Origin: the human T2T-CHM13v2.0 reference genome, Homo sapiens
Length of the DNA: 64,000 nt
NCBI RefSeq assembly: GCF_009914755.1
Contig: NC_060946.1
Reading direction: 5' to 3' (one strand)
Shown here: positions 63,001 to 64,000 of the stretch, in pieces
Layout of the letters: every line of letters starts with the position of its first letter
Position numbering within the stretch: position 1 is the first letter of the stretch
Notes under the pieces: generated by a model
The model's input: the letters and a program-made list of their open reading frames with translations, nothing else
Database searches by the model: none
Told to the model about the DNA's origin: nothing
Position numbers and translations under genes: made by a program

Positions 63001-64000
63001 ATCTTAATAACAGCATTGATAACTTTTAAGCCCTAGCAAGCTGAAACTGCAAGACAAATGATCTTCTGCCTTAGAAGGGCTATGGTTGGGCAGTGTGTGC
63101 CCAGGCGAGAGCCCTGTGGTTGTTAGTGGAAGTAGGGAGATGGATGGGCCTGGCCCCATAGCCTAGTGAAAAGTAGGGCCCTCTCCTTCCAGAGCATCAA
63201 AGTCTTAGAGGCTGGAAAAAGGTGCTTGGTTAGGCTGCCAAGAAGCAGAAGGCTAGAAGGCTTTGCAAGGAACCCCAACAGACTTCAAGGTGCCTGAGAC
63301 GGCTGGGCTTATACCAGCTTTCTTTGCTTTCATCCTGTTAGCAAGAAAACCTGCTCACAGATGGCAGGTGGGCCTGAGGCTCCCAGTCACTCACCAGGGA
63401 TTAGGTGCCTTGATTGTGGCTGTTTCTTGAAGCAGCTGCTCAGGCCGGTTATTGCAGAGCAGTTCCCTCATTATCCACAGGTCCGTGTTCCAGCCCTGGA
63501 TCTGCAAAGGGACTAGGGAGGGACTAGGCAAGGGCTCAGCCTGTGCCCCACAACCTGCTCTGAGATATCTCTTTTGTTACTTCCTCATGGACAGCCTCAA
63601 ACTTCCAAATGAACAGACCAGCATGGAGCCTCCAGGAAAATGCATAGAATTCTGTCTGGTACCCAGAGGAAAGGGGGTTCCCAGTGAGGGCAGGACCAGG
63701 CTTCATGCACCTCTTCAGGAATGTTCTCCTCATAGTCCAGCCTCAAGGTGTGCATCTTCTATGTGCATGGAGTCCATGGCAGGCTCTGCCTGGGGAGCCG
63801 TCCAGCTGCACAACTGCAATGTGGTGGTGACCCTCTTGAATAGGTGGTTCTGGGCCCCAAGGCTGGCAGCAGAGAGGGAGATGTTCAGCCACCAAGCCCA
63901 GAGCCCTGTCACAGGCTTCTGTGAGGCCTCAATCTGCTCTGGGTTCTTGTCCTGAGAGGCTGCCCTGAAGTCAAACAGAAGCAGGTGGGCCTCTTCCAGG
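60060..64000 (-). pseudogene. CLUHP: CLUH (clustered mitochondria) unprocessed pseudogene, partial, continuing past the window end
   Basis: Ordered exon remnants: SWTAPQAEPAMD (~63800), DPWSQEVIYNICKAVSSISS (~62750), GSLKEGCELI...AIGDCAE (~62550-62410), LMSRGVMGIRNPNTIWE (~61490), HPEMVLLD followed by gtgagt (~61250), separated by intron-like DNA; AATAAA at 60084-60079. Confidence 0.88.
63624..63719 (-). ncRNA. MIR1324: MIR1324-like hairpin (paralogous copy)
   Basis: Minus strand CCTGAAGAGGTGCATGAAGCC...GGAGGCTCCA (96 nt) closely matches the recalled annotated precursor; mature region CCAGACAGAATTCTATGCATTTTC at 63659-63636 has one non-seed difference from the recalled sequence. Confidence 0.7.

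Overview
Human genomic DNA (an L1HS-Ta element is present) from a pericentromeric/subtelomeric segmental-duplication mosaic. No intact protein-coding gene is visible. The core is the FSHD-region paralogous cassette, in order: a 5S-rDNA-unit fragment, an SST1-like fragment, about 1.3 inverted D4Z4-like units with a DUX4-like ORF killed by four in-frame stops, an FRG2 paralogue (4 exons, intact splice sites and promoter, one 1-bp frameshift), processed RARRES2 and AGGF1 pseudogenes, beta-satellite, an ERV and ACRO1, and an unprocessed CLUH pseudogene overlapping a MIR1324-like hairpin. The rest is nested L1, Alu and LTR sequence. Which paralogous locus this is cannot be fixed from sequence alone; a chr20-pericentromeric FRG2EP-type copy is a guess. 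I found no clearly new biological system. The most notable observations are a 97-bp minisatellite built from a fold-back of an L1 3' end, an inverted pair of DUX4 motifs upstream of the frameshifted FRG2, a three-way macrosatellite fusion, and a young L1HS-Ta1 insertion with a bipartite tail. Family names are from recalled consensus sequences, not database searches, and repeat boundaries are approximate unless target-site duplications (TSDs) are quoted.
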